A stretch of DNA of 64,000 nucleotides from Eutreptiella sp. 'Long Island Sound 2002'. Taxonomy: Eukaryota; Protista; Euglenida. A program made the translations under genes and the position numbers. Location of the stretch: assembly GCA_964036045.1 (NCBI GenBank), contig OZ038378.1, positions 10,726,001-10,790,000 on the forward strand. The letters run 5' to 3'. This document shows, in pieces, positions 10,601 to 22,200 of the stretch (its first letter is position 1; each line of letters opens with the position of its first letter). Below the pieces are notes generated by a model. It was not told the origin of the DNA, searched no databases, and saw only the letters and a list, made by a program, of their open reading frames with translations.

Positions 10601-13600
10601 GGTGGTAACATTGCATCAACCGCTGTTGAAGGATGTCAACTTCAGAATTCGAGGTGGCCTTGGTGGCTTGCTTGGATGAACGTGCACAACACAAAGGCAT
10701 TGTGGGTGTACAAGGCAAACTGTGTAGTCAGAGAAAGCGAGCTATGGATATGGTCATGACACGGTTTGCTGCTTTGTAGGTCTAAAGTGCACCAAGCAAA
10801 CGCATGATTCAACGAGAACCTTGCACCAAAACTTGAGGACAACATTAAAATCATATTACATGCACGTGGATCATAAGATCATGAGAAGATTGGTGGTCTT
10901 ATAATGCAGCATGTGAGACATGTGAGCGCAATCAACATTGAAGATTCAATTAGCAGGCATGGGAAATCAAATCTTTTTTGGCAGCAGAGTGCAAAATGCC
11001 CTCGTACGGAGCTGTAGAATTTACGGTACTTTGAGAGCAGGGGACAACATTAGTAGTGGCCCACAAGTGGGCCATCTCGCTACAAAACCACTGCCCTGTG
11101 GGGGCTCCCCGACGCTTCACTGCAAGGGACAAAATCAGCACTGGGCCACAAGTGGGTGTGGTACCTGCATAATCCCTACCGTATGCGGGGTACCCAACTC
11201 TTCATAGCAAGGGACAAAATCAGGAGTGGCCCACAATTGGCCATGGCGCCTAAACAACTCTTGCCATCTGGGGAGTCCACAATAAATCACAGCACAGGAC
11301 AAAATCAGCAGTGGCCCACAATTGGGCCTAGCGGCGTCATAACCCCTTCCTTCTGGGGCGCGCAACGCTTCATATCGGTGCCCAAAATCAGCAGTGGAGC
11401 GCAATTGGGCCTGGTGGCTACATAAGCCTTGCCAATTGAGGGTCCCCGAGGCTTCACATTACGGGACAAAATCAGCAGTGGCCCACCGTTGGCCCTAGTG
11501 GCTACATAACCCCAGCCGTTTAGAGGGTCCCCAACACTTTAGAGCCGGGCACAAAATCAGCAGTGGCCTACAAAGGGGCCTAGTGGCTACAAAACCCCTG
11601 CCATCTGAATGTGTCCGCAATGCTTCATAGCGGGGTACAAAATCAGAAGTGGCCCACAATTGGGCCCAGTGGCTACAGGAACTCTGTCATCAAGCGGTGT
11701 CAAACGCTTCACAACGGGGGACAAAATTAGCACTTACCCAGAATTGGGCCTGTTGGCTACATAACCTCTAACTTGTGAAGAGTCCCAAATACTTTAGAGA
11801 GGGTGACAAAATTAGCAGTGGGCCACAAGTGAGCCATGTGGCTACATAACCCCTGCTATTGGGGTGGTCCCCAACGCTTCAAAGCGGGGGAAAAAATCAG
11901 CAATGGCCAACAATCAGGCCTAAGCGCTATATAACCCCTACCATGTGGGGATCCCAAGCGCTTCACGACGGGGGAGCAAATCAGCAATGGCCCACAAGTG
12001 GGCTTGGTGGCTACATAACCCTTGCGGTCTAGGGGGTCCCCAATGCTTCAAAGAGGGGGACAAAATCAGCAGTGGCCCAAAAGTGAGCCATGTGCATACA
12101 CAACCCTTGCAGTCAGGGGGATGCCCAACGCTTTAGAGCGGGGGACAAAATGAGCTGTAGCCCACCATTGGGCCTAGTGGCTACATAACCCTTGCCTTTT
12201 GGGGGGTCCCCAACACTTTACAGCATGGTACAAAATTAGCAGTGGCCCCAAAGATGGCCTATTGGCTACATAAACCATGCCATCCGAGGGTGTCCCCAAC
12301 GCTTCGGAGAGCTGTACCAAATCAGAAGTTGCCCACATTTGGGTGTGATGGCTATATAACCCCTACCGTATGGGGGTCCCAAATGCTTCACATCGGGGGA
12401 CAGAATCGGCAGTGGCCCACAATTGGGCGCGGTGGCTACGTAACTCCCACCGTTTGGGGCGTCCCCAAAACTTCATAACGCAGAAAAAAATCAGCAGTGG
12501 CCCACAATTGGGACTAGTGGCTACATAACCCCTCCCGTCTACAGCATCCCCAACACTTCATAACGGGGGACAAAATCAGCAGTGGCCCACAATTGAGCGC
12601 AGAGGCTACATAACGTCTGCCGAATGGGGGGTCCCCAACACTTCATACCGCGGGACCAAAATCAGCAGTGGCCAACAATTGGGCTTGGTGGGTATGTAAC
12701 CCCTACCATAGGCCATGAGGCAACGGAAACTGGGCTCGCATACGCCCCCGTACCATAGGGGGGGGGGGGGTCCCAAACGCTTCAAAGTGGGGGACGAAAT
12801 AAGCAGTGGCCCACGACTGGGCCTGATGGCTACATAATTGGTGACGTCTGAGGGTCCCCAACGCTTCACAGCGAGGTACTAAATCAGCAGTGGCCCACAA
12901 TTGGGCTGCGTGGCTACATAAACCATGCCATTTGGGGGGGTCCGCAATGCTTTAGAGCATGGGATAACAACAGTTGTGGCCCACAATTGGGCCTAGTGGC
13001 TACATAACTCCTACTATCTTAGGGTGTCCCCAACGCTTTGTAGCGGGGTACCAAATCAGAAGTGGCCGACAAATGGACCTAGTGGCTGCGCAAGCCTTGC
13101 CATCTAGTGGTTCCCCAACGCTTGAGAGCGGGAGACAAAATCAGCAGAGGCCCACAATTGGGCCATCTGGCTACATAACCCTTGCCGTATGGGGGGTCCC
13201 CAATGGTTCGGGGCAAGGGACAAAATCAGGAGTGGCCCACAAGTGGGCTTGGTGGCTACCTAACCCTTGCCGTTTGAGGGGACCCCAACGCTTCAAAGTG
13301 GGGGACGAAATCAGCAGTGGCCCAAAATCGGGCCTGGTGGCTACATAACCCCTGCCTTTTGACGGGTCCTCCACGCTTTAGAGTAGGGTACAAAATCAGC
13401 AATGGCCTGAAAGTGGCTCGTACTGGCTACATACACCGTGCCATCCGAGGGTGTCTCCAACACTTCAAAGAGGGTCACGAAATCACAAGTGGCCCACAAT
13501 TGGGCCTGGGGGCCACAAAACCCTTGCCGTCTTGGGGGTTCCCAACGCTTCATAGCGACAAAATCAGCAATGGCCCACAAGAGGGCTTGGTGGCTATACA

Positions 13601-14798
13601 CCCACTACCGTATAGGGGTCCCAAAAACTTCACATCGGGGGACAGAAGCGGCAGTGGCCCACAATTGGATGTGGTGGCCATATAACTCCTGCCGTCTACA
13701 GCATCCCAACACTTCATAACGGGGGGCAAAATCAGCGGTGGCCCACAATTGGGCATTGTGGCTACATAACCCCTGCCGAATGGGGGGTCCCCAACACTTC
13801 ATAATGGAGGACAAAATCAGTTGTGGCCCACAAGTGGGCATGGCGGCTATGTAACCCCTGCCGTATGGGGGGGGGGGGGGGCGTCCCGAACGCTTCAAAG
13901 TGGAGGAAAAAATCAGCACTGGCCCACGATTGGGCCTGGTGCCTACATAACTCCGGCCGTCTTGGGGGTTCCCAACGCTTTAGCGCATGGGACAAAATCA
14001 GCAGTGGCCCACAATTGGGCCTAGTGGCTACGTAGCGCCTAACATCTTAGGGTGCTCCCAACGCTTCATAGCAGGGTACCAAATAAGTAGTGGCCGACAA
14101 ATGGAACTGGTGACTACATAACCCTTGCCATCTAGGGGGTCCCCAACGCTTGAGAGCGGGCGACAAAATCAAAAGTGGCCAACAAAGGGGCGGTCTAACT
14201 ACACAACCCCTGCCGCCTGCAGGGTTCTCACCGCTTCGGAGCGGGGGACAAAAGCAGCAGTGGCCCACAATCACGTCGGGTGGCTTCATAACCCTTGTTG
14301 TCCCGGAGGTCCCTAGCGCTTCAAAGGAGAGGACAAAATAAGCGGTACCCCACAATTGGGCCTAGTGGCTACATAAACCCTGCCATCTGTGCGGTTTTGA
14401 ACGCTTCATGGCGCCGTACCAAAGCAACAAAGGACTACAATCAGGACGTGTGGCTACATAACCCCTGCTGTCTGCGAGGTCCATACCGCTTCAAAGAGGG
14501 GGACGAAATCAGCAGTGGCCCGCATTTGGGCCTATTGCTTACATAAACCTTGCCATCCGATGCGGTCCGTAACGCTTCACAGCGGGGTACAAAATAGGCA
14601 GTGGCCTACAATTAGCCCTAGTGGCTACATAACTTGTGCCGTGTGGGGGGTCCCCAACGCTTCATAGCGGGGGACAAAGTCAGCAGTGGCCCACAATTGG
14701 GCCTAGTGGCTACATAACCCCTGCCATCTGAGGGTGTTCCGAACATTTCATAGCGGGCGACAAAATCAGGCATGGCCCGCAATGGAGCCTCCTAGTGG

Positions 14799-15305
14799 GC
14801 CCAAATTTCAGCCACCACAAAGCGAGGGTGCTGGCCGTGGCCTAGACCCCCTGTTGGGGGCCACAAAACATGGGGCAGCCCCCCCCCCCCCTCCCCGACA
14901 CGGTACCGCGACACCCGTCCCCCCCCCACAGACACAGCCCCCCCCCCCCCCCCCCCTCCCTTAAGCGGACGAGACAGCCCGATCTAGGGGTGGGCTCCCT
15001 TAAGCGAATGAGACAGCCCGATCTAGGGGTGGGCTCCCTTAGGCGGACGAGACAGCCCGATCTAGGGCTAGGCTCCCTTAAGCGGACAAGATAGCCCAAT
15101 CTAGGGGTGGGCTCCCTTTGGCGGACGAGACAGCCCAATCAAGGGGTGGGCTCCCGAGGGGCGCGGTGGCGAGCATGACAGAGCGGCGCACCGCCCGATC
15201 AGGGGTGGACACCCACGGTAGAAGGAGGGTGTGATAGCCCTCCGACGACGACCAACCCGGTAGAGGCCCCGGGATACCTCAACCTCAACCTCAACCATGA
15301 TGGAC
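14799..15305. mobile_element. ~507-bp non-satellite insert carrying five 39-bp tandem repeats
   Basis: Flanked by CCTAGTGG at 14791-14798 and 15306-15313 (possible 8-bp TSD). The 39-bp unit CTCCCTTAAGCGGACGAGACAGCCCGATCTAGGGGTGGG occurs x5 at ~14957-15155, and (CCTCAA)3 lies near the right end. Confidence 0.6.
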
Positions 15306-15792
15306 CCTAGTGGCTACATAAACCCTGCCATATGAGGGGGTCCCCAACGCTTCATAGCGGTGTACAAAATAAGCATTGGCCCACAAGTGTGCCTAGTGGC
15401 TACATGACCCCTGCTGTATGGGGGGTCCCCAACGCTTCAACGTGGGGAACAGAATCGGCAATGGCCCACCAGTGCGCCATGTGGCTACATAATCACTGCC
15501 ACCTGGGGGGTCCCGAACGCTTCAGAGCGGCGGAAAAAATTAGCAGTGGCCCACAATTGGGCCTGGTGACCCTTGCCGTCTAGGGGGGCCCCAACGCTTC
15601 GCAGCGGGGGACAAAATCAGCAATGGCCTCCAAGTGGGCCTACTAGCTACATAACCCCTGGAATCTACGGGTGTCCCAAACGCTTCACAACAACGCACAA
15701 GATCAGCGGTGGCCCACTATTGGGCCTAGTGCCTATGTAACCCGTACCGTCCAGGAGGTCCCCAATGTTTCAAAGTGGGGGACACACTCAGC

Positions 15793-16175
15793 CGGACCCC
15801 CAGGCGGTAGGGTTTATCTAACCACCAGTCCGACTTTTGGGCCACCGCTAATTTTCTTCCACTCTATGAAGCGTTGTGCACCCCCTAGACGGCACGAATT
15901 ATTTAGGCACCAGGCCCAATTGTGGGCCACTGCTGATTTGTCCCCTACTCTATAGCATTGATGACACTGTCAGATTGCAGGGGTTATGTAGGCACCGGGC
16001 CCATTCGTGTGCCACCGGTGATTTTGTCCCCTGCTACGACACGTTGGGGACACCCTCACAGGGCAGGGGTATGTAGCCATCAAGCCCCATTGTGGGCCGA
16101 TGCTGATTTTGTCCCCCGCTCTGAAGCGGTGGGGATCCCCCATCACGAAAGGGTTATGTAGCCATGTGGCTCATT
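15793..16175 (-). repeat. Inverted block of ~4.5 old-type satellite monomers
   Basis: Reads GGCCCAATTGTGGGCCACTGCTGATTTGTCCCC and GGGGTATGTAGCCA, i.e. the monomer reverse complement, between forward-oriented monomers. Confidence 0.85.
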
Positions 16176-16180
16176 TTAGC

Positions 16181-19100
16181 CTCGGGGATCCCCTCCGCTT
16201 CAGAACAGGGGGCAGAATCAGAAGTGGCCCACTTGTGGGCAATGTGGCTACGTAACCCCTCCCGCCTCGGGGATCCCCTCCGCTTCAGAGCAGGGGGCAA
16301 AATCAGAAGTGGCCCACTTCTGGGCAAGGTGGCTACGTAACCCCTGCCGCCTCGGGGATCCCCACCGCTTCAGAGCGGGGGGCAGAATCAGAAGTGGCCC
16401 ACTTCTGGGCAAGGTGGCTACGTAACCCCTCCCGCCTCGGGGATCCCCTCCGCTTCAGAGCGGGGGGCAAAATCAGAAGTGGCCCACTTGTGGGCAAGGT
16501 GGCTACATAACCCCTCCCGCCTCGGGGATCCCCTCCGCTTCACAGCAGGGGGCAGAATCAGAAGTGGCCCACTTGTGGGCAAGGTGGCTACATAACCCCT
16601 CCCGCCTCGGGGATCCCCACCGCTTCAGAGCGGGGGGCAAAATCAGAAGTGCCCCACTTGTGGGCAAGGTGGCTACATGAGCCCTGCCGTCTCGGGGATC
16701 CCAACCGCTTCAGAGCGGGGGGCAAAATCAGAAGTGGCCCACTTGTGGGCAAGGTGGCTACGTGACCCCTCCCGCCTCGGGGATCCCCTCCGCTTCACAG
16801 CAGGGGGCAAAATAAGAAGTGGCCCACTTGTGGGCAATGTGGCTACATAACCCCTCCCGCCTCGGGGATCCCCACCGCTTCAGAGCAGGGGGCAAAATCA
16901 GAAGTGGCCCACTTGTGGGCAAGGTGGCTACATGAGCCCTGCCGTCTCGGGGATCCCAACCGCTTCAAAGCGGGGGGCAAAATCAGAAGTGGCCCACTTG
17001 TGGGCAAGGTGGCTACGTAACCCCTGCCGGATCGGGGATCCCCACCGCTTCAGAGCGGCGGGCAAAATCAGAAGTGGCCCACTTGTGGGCAGGGTGGCCA
17101 CGTAACCCCTGCCGTCTCGGGGATCCCCTCCGCTTCACAGCGGGGGGCAAAATCAGAAGTGGCCCACTTGTGGGCAAGGTGGCTACGTAACCCCTGCCGG
17201 ATCGGGGATCCCCACCGCTTCAGAGCGGCGGGCAAAATCAGAAGTGGCCCACTTGTGGGCACGGTGGCCACGTAACCCCTCCCGCCTCGGGGATCCCCTC
17301 CGCTTCACAGCGGGGGGCAAAATCAGAAGTGGCCCACTTGTGGGCAACGTGGGCTACGTAACCCCTCCCGCCTCAGGGATCCCCTCCGCTTCAGAGCACG
17401 GGGCAAAATCAGAAGTGGCCCACTTGTGGGCAAGGTGGGTAAATAACCCCTCCCGCCTCGGGGATCCCCTCCGCTTCAGAGCAGGGGGCAGAATCAGAAG
17501 TGGCCCACTTGTGGGCAACGTGGCTACGTAACCCCTCCCGCCTCGGGGATCCCCTCCGCTTCAGAGCGGGGGGCAGAATCAGAAGTGGCCCACTTGTGGG
17601 CAACGTGGCTACATAACCCCTCCCGCCTCGGGGATCCCCACCGCTTCAGAGCAGGGGGCAGAATCAGAAGTGGCCCACTTGTGGGCAACGTGGCTACGTA
17701 ACCCCTGCCGCCTCGGGGATCCCCTCCGCTTCAGAGCGGGGGGCAGAATCGGAAGTGTCCCACTTGTGGGCAAGGTGGCTACGTAACCCCTCCCGCCTCG
17801 GGGATCCCCTCCGCTTCAGAGCAGGGGGCATAATCAGAAGTGGCCCACTTGTGGGCAAGGTGGCTACGTAACCCCTCCCGCCTCGGGGATCCCCTCCGCT
17901 TCACAGCGGCGGGCAAAATCAGAAGTGGCCAACTTGTGGGCAAGGTGGCTACGTAACCCCTCCCGCCTCGGGGATCCCCTCCGCTTCAGAGCGGGGGGCA
18001 AAATCCGAAGTGGCCCAGTTGTGGGCAACGTGGCTACATAACCCCTCCCGCCTCGGGGATCCCCTCCGCTTCAGAACAGGGGGCAGAATCAGAAGTGGCC
18101 CACTTGTGGGCAATGTGGCTACGTAACCCCTCCCGCCTCGGGGATCCCCTCCGCTTCAGAGCAGGGGGCAAAATCAGAAGTGGCCCACTTGTGGGCAAGG
18201 TGGCTACATAACCCCTGCCGTCTCGGGGATCCCCACCACTTCAGAGCGGGGGGCAGAATCGGAAGTGGCCCACTTGTGGGCAAGGTGGCTACGTAACCCC
18301 TGCCGCCTCGGGGATCCCCTCCGCTTCACAGCGGCGGGCAAAATCAGAAGTGGCCCACTTGTGGGCAACGTGGCTACGTAACCCCTCCCGCCTCGGGGAT
18401 CCCCTCCGCTTCAGAGCGGGGGGCAAAATCAGAAGTGGCCCACTTGTGGGCAAGGTGGCTAGATAACCCCTCCCGCCTCGGGGATCCCCTCCGCTTCACA
18501 GCGGCGGGCAAAATCAGAAGTGGCCCACTTCTGGGCAACGTGGCTACGTAACCCCTCCCGCCTCGGGGATCCCCTCCGCTTCAGAGCGGGGGGCAGAATC
18601 GGAAGTGGCCCACTTGTGGGCAAGGTGGCTAGATAACCCCTCCCGCCTCGGGGATCCCCTCCGCTTCACAGCGGCGGGCAAAATCAGAAGTGGCCCACTT
18701 GTGGGCAACGTGGCTACGTAACCCCTCCCGCCTCGGGGATCCCCTCCGCTTCAGAGCGGGGGGCAGAATCGGAAGTGGCCCACTTGTGGGCAAGGTGGCT
18801 ACATAACCCCTCCCGCCTCGGGGATCCCCTCCGCTTCATAGCGACGGGCAGAATCAGAAGTGGCCCACTTCTGGGCAACGTGGCTACGTAACCCCTCCCG
18901 CCTCGGGGATCCCCTCCGCTTCAGAGCAGGGGGTATAATCACAAGTGGCCCACTTGTGGGCACCGTGGCTATGTAACCCCTCCCGCCTCGGGGATCCCCT
19001 CCGCTTCAGAGCGGGGGACAGAATCAGAAGTGGCCCACTTCTGGGCAAGGTGGCTATGTAACCCCTGCCGCCTCGGGGATCCCCTCCGCTTCAGAGCGGG

Positions 19101-19203
19101 GGGCAAAATCAGAAGTGGCCCACTTGTGGGCAAGGTGGCTACGTAACCCTTGCCGTCTCGGGGATCCCCACCGCTTCAGAGCGGGGGGCATAATCAGAAG
19201 TGG
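16181..19203 (+). repeat. Young homogeneous 85-bp sub-array (~35 copies) of a distinct monomer variant
   Basis: Unit AAAATCAGAAGTGGCCCACTTGTGGGCAAGGTGGCTACGTAACCCCTCCCGCCTCGGGGATCCCCTCCGCTTCAGAGCGGGGGGC; GAAGT recurs at 16221, 16306 and 16391; few variable positions. Confidence 0.97.
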
Positions 19204-22200
19204 TGCCCAAAAGAGGACGGAATCGCTACGTAACTCCTGCTTTCTCAGCGATCCCCAAAAAGGGGGGATAGACATGGCCCACGTTGGGCCGGGGCAAAAA
19301 GGCCTCTAGGGGCGGTCCTTAAGGGGGGTCCTTAACAAAAAAAAATCTCGTCCCTTAAGGACCCCCCTGGAGCGGGGTATAAAATCAGCAGTGGCCCACA
19401 ACTAGGCGTGATAGGTGCACAACCCCTGCCGTCTCAGGGATCCCCAACGCTTTAGAGCGGGGAACAAAATTAGCAGTGACCCAAAAGTGGGCCTGATGGC
19501 CGTGTGGGGGGTCCCCAACGCTTTAGAGGGGGGGGGACAAAATCAGCAATGGCGTGGTGGCTACATAACCCTTGACGTCCGGAGGGTTCCCAACGCTTCA
19601 ACAGGGGGGGACAAAATAAGCAATGGGCCACAATTGGGCCTGGTGGCTACGGAACCCCTACCGTCTAGGTGTTTGCCAACGCCTTAAAGCGGGGGACAAA
19701 ATCAGCAAGGTCCCACAATTGGGCCTAGTGGCTACGTAACCCGTGACGTTTGGGGGGTCCCCAACGTCGTACAGCGGCATACAAAATCAGTAGTGGACTA
19801 CAAGTGGGCCTGGTGGCGACATAACTCCTGCTGTTTGGGAGGTCCCTAATGCTTTAGAGCAAGGGACAAAATCAGTAGTGGCCCACAATTGGGCCTAGTG
19901 GCAACATAACGTCTGCCGTCTAGGGGGTCCCCAATGCTTCATAGCAGGGTACAAAATCATCAATGGCCCTCAATTGGGCCTAGTGGCTACATAACCCCTC
20001 CAATGTTGGCGGTCAACAACGCTTCATAGTGGGGAATTCCATCAGCAATGGCCCACGACTTAGCCTAGTGCCTACATAACTCTGCCATCTAGGGGTTTCT
20101 CCAATGTTTCGACGTGGGGGACAAAATTAGTAGTAGCCCACAATTGGACCTAGTGGCTACATAACCCCTGCCGTCTAGAGGGTCCGCACCGCTTTAGACC
20201 AAAACACATCAGCAGTGGCCCAACATTGAGTCTGGTGGCTACATAACATTTGCTGTGTCGGGGGTCCCCAAAGCTTTAGAGCAAGGGACAAAATCATCAG
20301 TGACCCAAAGCTGGGCACGGTGGCTACATAACCCTTGCCGTCTGGGGGTCCCCAACGCTTCACAGCGGGGTACGAAATCAGCAATAGGCCACAATTGGGC
20401 CTAGTGGCTACATAACCCCTGCCGTCTAAGGGGTCCCCAACGGTTCACAGCAGGGGACAAAATGACCGGTCGCCCACAATTGGGCCTCATGTCTACATAA
20501 ACTCTGCAATCTCGGGGGGTCGCCGGTGCTTTAAAACGGGGGAAGGGGGGGATCAGCAGTGACCCACAAGTGGGCCTTGTGGCTACACAATTCCTGCCGT
20601 CTTGGGGGTCAACAATGCTTCATAGCAGGGGACAAGATCACAATGGCCCACAACTGGGCCTAATAGCTACATAACCCCTACCGTCTGGGGGGTCCCCAAC
20701 GCTTTGAAGCGGGGGACAAAATTAGCATTGACCCACAATTGGGTGTCATGACTGCACAACACCCACCGTCTGGAGGCTCCCCAAGCGCTTCAAAGCAGGT
20801 TACACAATCAGCCGTGCCCCACAAGTGGGTGTGGTGGCTGCACAATTCTTGCCGTTCGGGAGGTGCCCAAGGCTTCACATCAGGAACAAAATCAGCAATT
20901 GCCACAAGCGGGCTTGGTCGCTTCATAACCCCTGCCTTCTTGGCGATCCCGAACGCTTTAGAGCGGGGCAGCGGTGGCCCAAAAGTGGGCCTAGCGGCTG
21001 CATGACTTGTGCCATTTGAGGGTGTCCCCAACACTTCATAGCGCGGTACAAGATGAGCAGTGTCCCACAATTGCGCCCAGTGGCTACACAACCACTGCCG
21101 TCTGAGGGTCCCCGAACGCTTGATAGCAGGGGTCAATTTCAGCAATGGCCCACAGTTGGGCCTAGTGGCTACATAACTCCTGCCGCTTGGGGCGTCCCAA
21201 ACGCTTCAGAGTAGGGGACAAAATCAGCACTCTCCCGCAATTGGGCCTCGTGGCAACACAACCGCGGCCATTTGGGCGGTCCCCAACGCTTCACATTGGG
21301 GGACAAAATCACAACTGGCCCACAATCGGACCTTGTGGCAATATAGCCTCTTGAGTATGGGGGGTCCCGAGTGCTTCAGAGCGGGGGACAGAATGAGAAA
21401 TGGCCCACGATTGGGCCTAGTGGCTACATAAACCTGATTGGGCCTAGTGGCTACATAAACCTGATTGGGCCTAGTGGCTACATAAACCCTGCAAAACTAA
21501 GGGGTCCCCAATGCTTCACACCGGGGGACAAAATCTGAAGTGGCCCACGAGGGCCTTGTGGCTACACAACCCCGGCCGGCTTTGGGGGGTTCCCAAGGCT
21601 TCAGAGCAAGGGACAAAATCAGAAAGGCCCCACAATTGGGATGATTGATGGTTACATAACCACTGCAAGGCTGGGGGATCCGCAACGCTTCACATCACGG
21701 GGACAAAATCAGTAGTGGTCCACCATTGGGGCTCGTGACTACACAACCCCTAACTTCCGGGGGGGGCCTATTGCTTCAAAGCGGGGGACAAAATTAGCAG
21801 TGGCCCAGAATTTGGCGTGGTGGCTACATAACCTCTACCACTAGGGGGGTCCCCAATGCTACACAGCGGGGGAAAAAATCAGCCATGAGCCAAAACTGGG
21901 CCATGTGACTACATAACCTCTGCCGCCTTGGGGGGTTCCCAAGGCTTCAAAGCGGAAGACCAAATCAGAAGTAACCCACAATTGGGCCTCTGCAAGGCTG
22001 AGGGGATCCGCAACGCTTCACATCGCGGGCACAAAGTCAGCAGTGGCGCACAAGTCGGGCTGGTGGCTACAGAGCCCTAACTTCCGGGGGGTCCCTATTG
22101 CTTCAAAGCCGGGGATAAAATCAGCAGTGGCACAAAATCGGGCTTGGTGGCTACATAAACCCTACCGCCTAGGGGGTCCCCAACAATTCATAGCGGGGGA

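Noticed and set aside
14957-15155. CRISPR-like appearance of the 39-bp and 85-bp repeats
   Set aside because: Units are head-to-tail with no unique spacers, there are no cas genes, and the context is eukaryotic.
15280-15297. (CCTCAA)3 as an interstitial telomere
   Set aside because: Only three units, and not the canonical TTAGGG; kept only as a feature of the insert.
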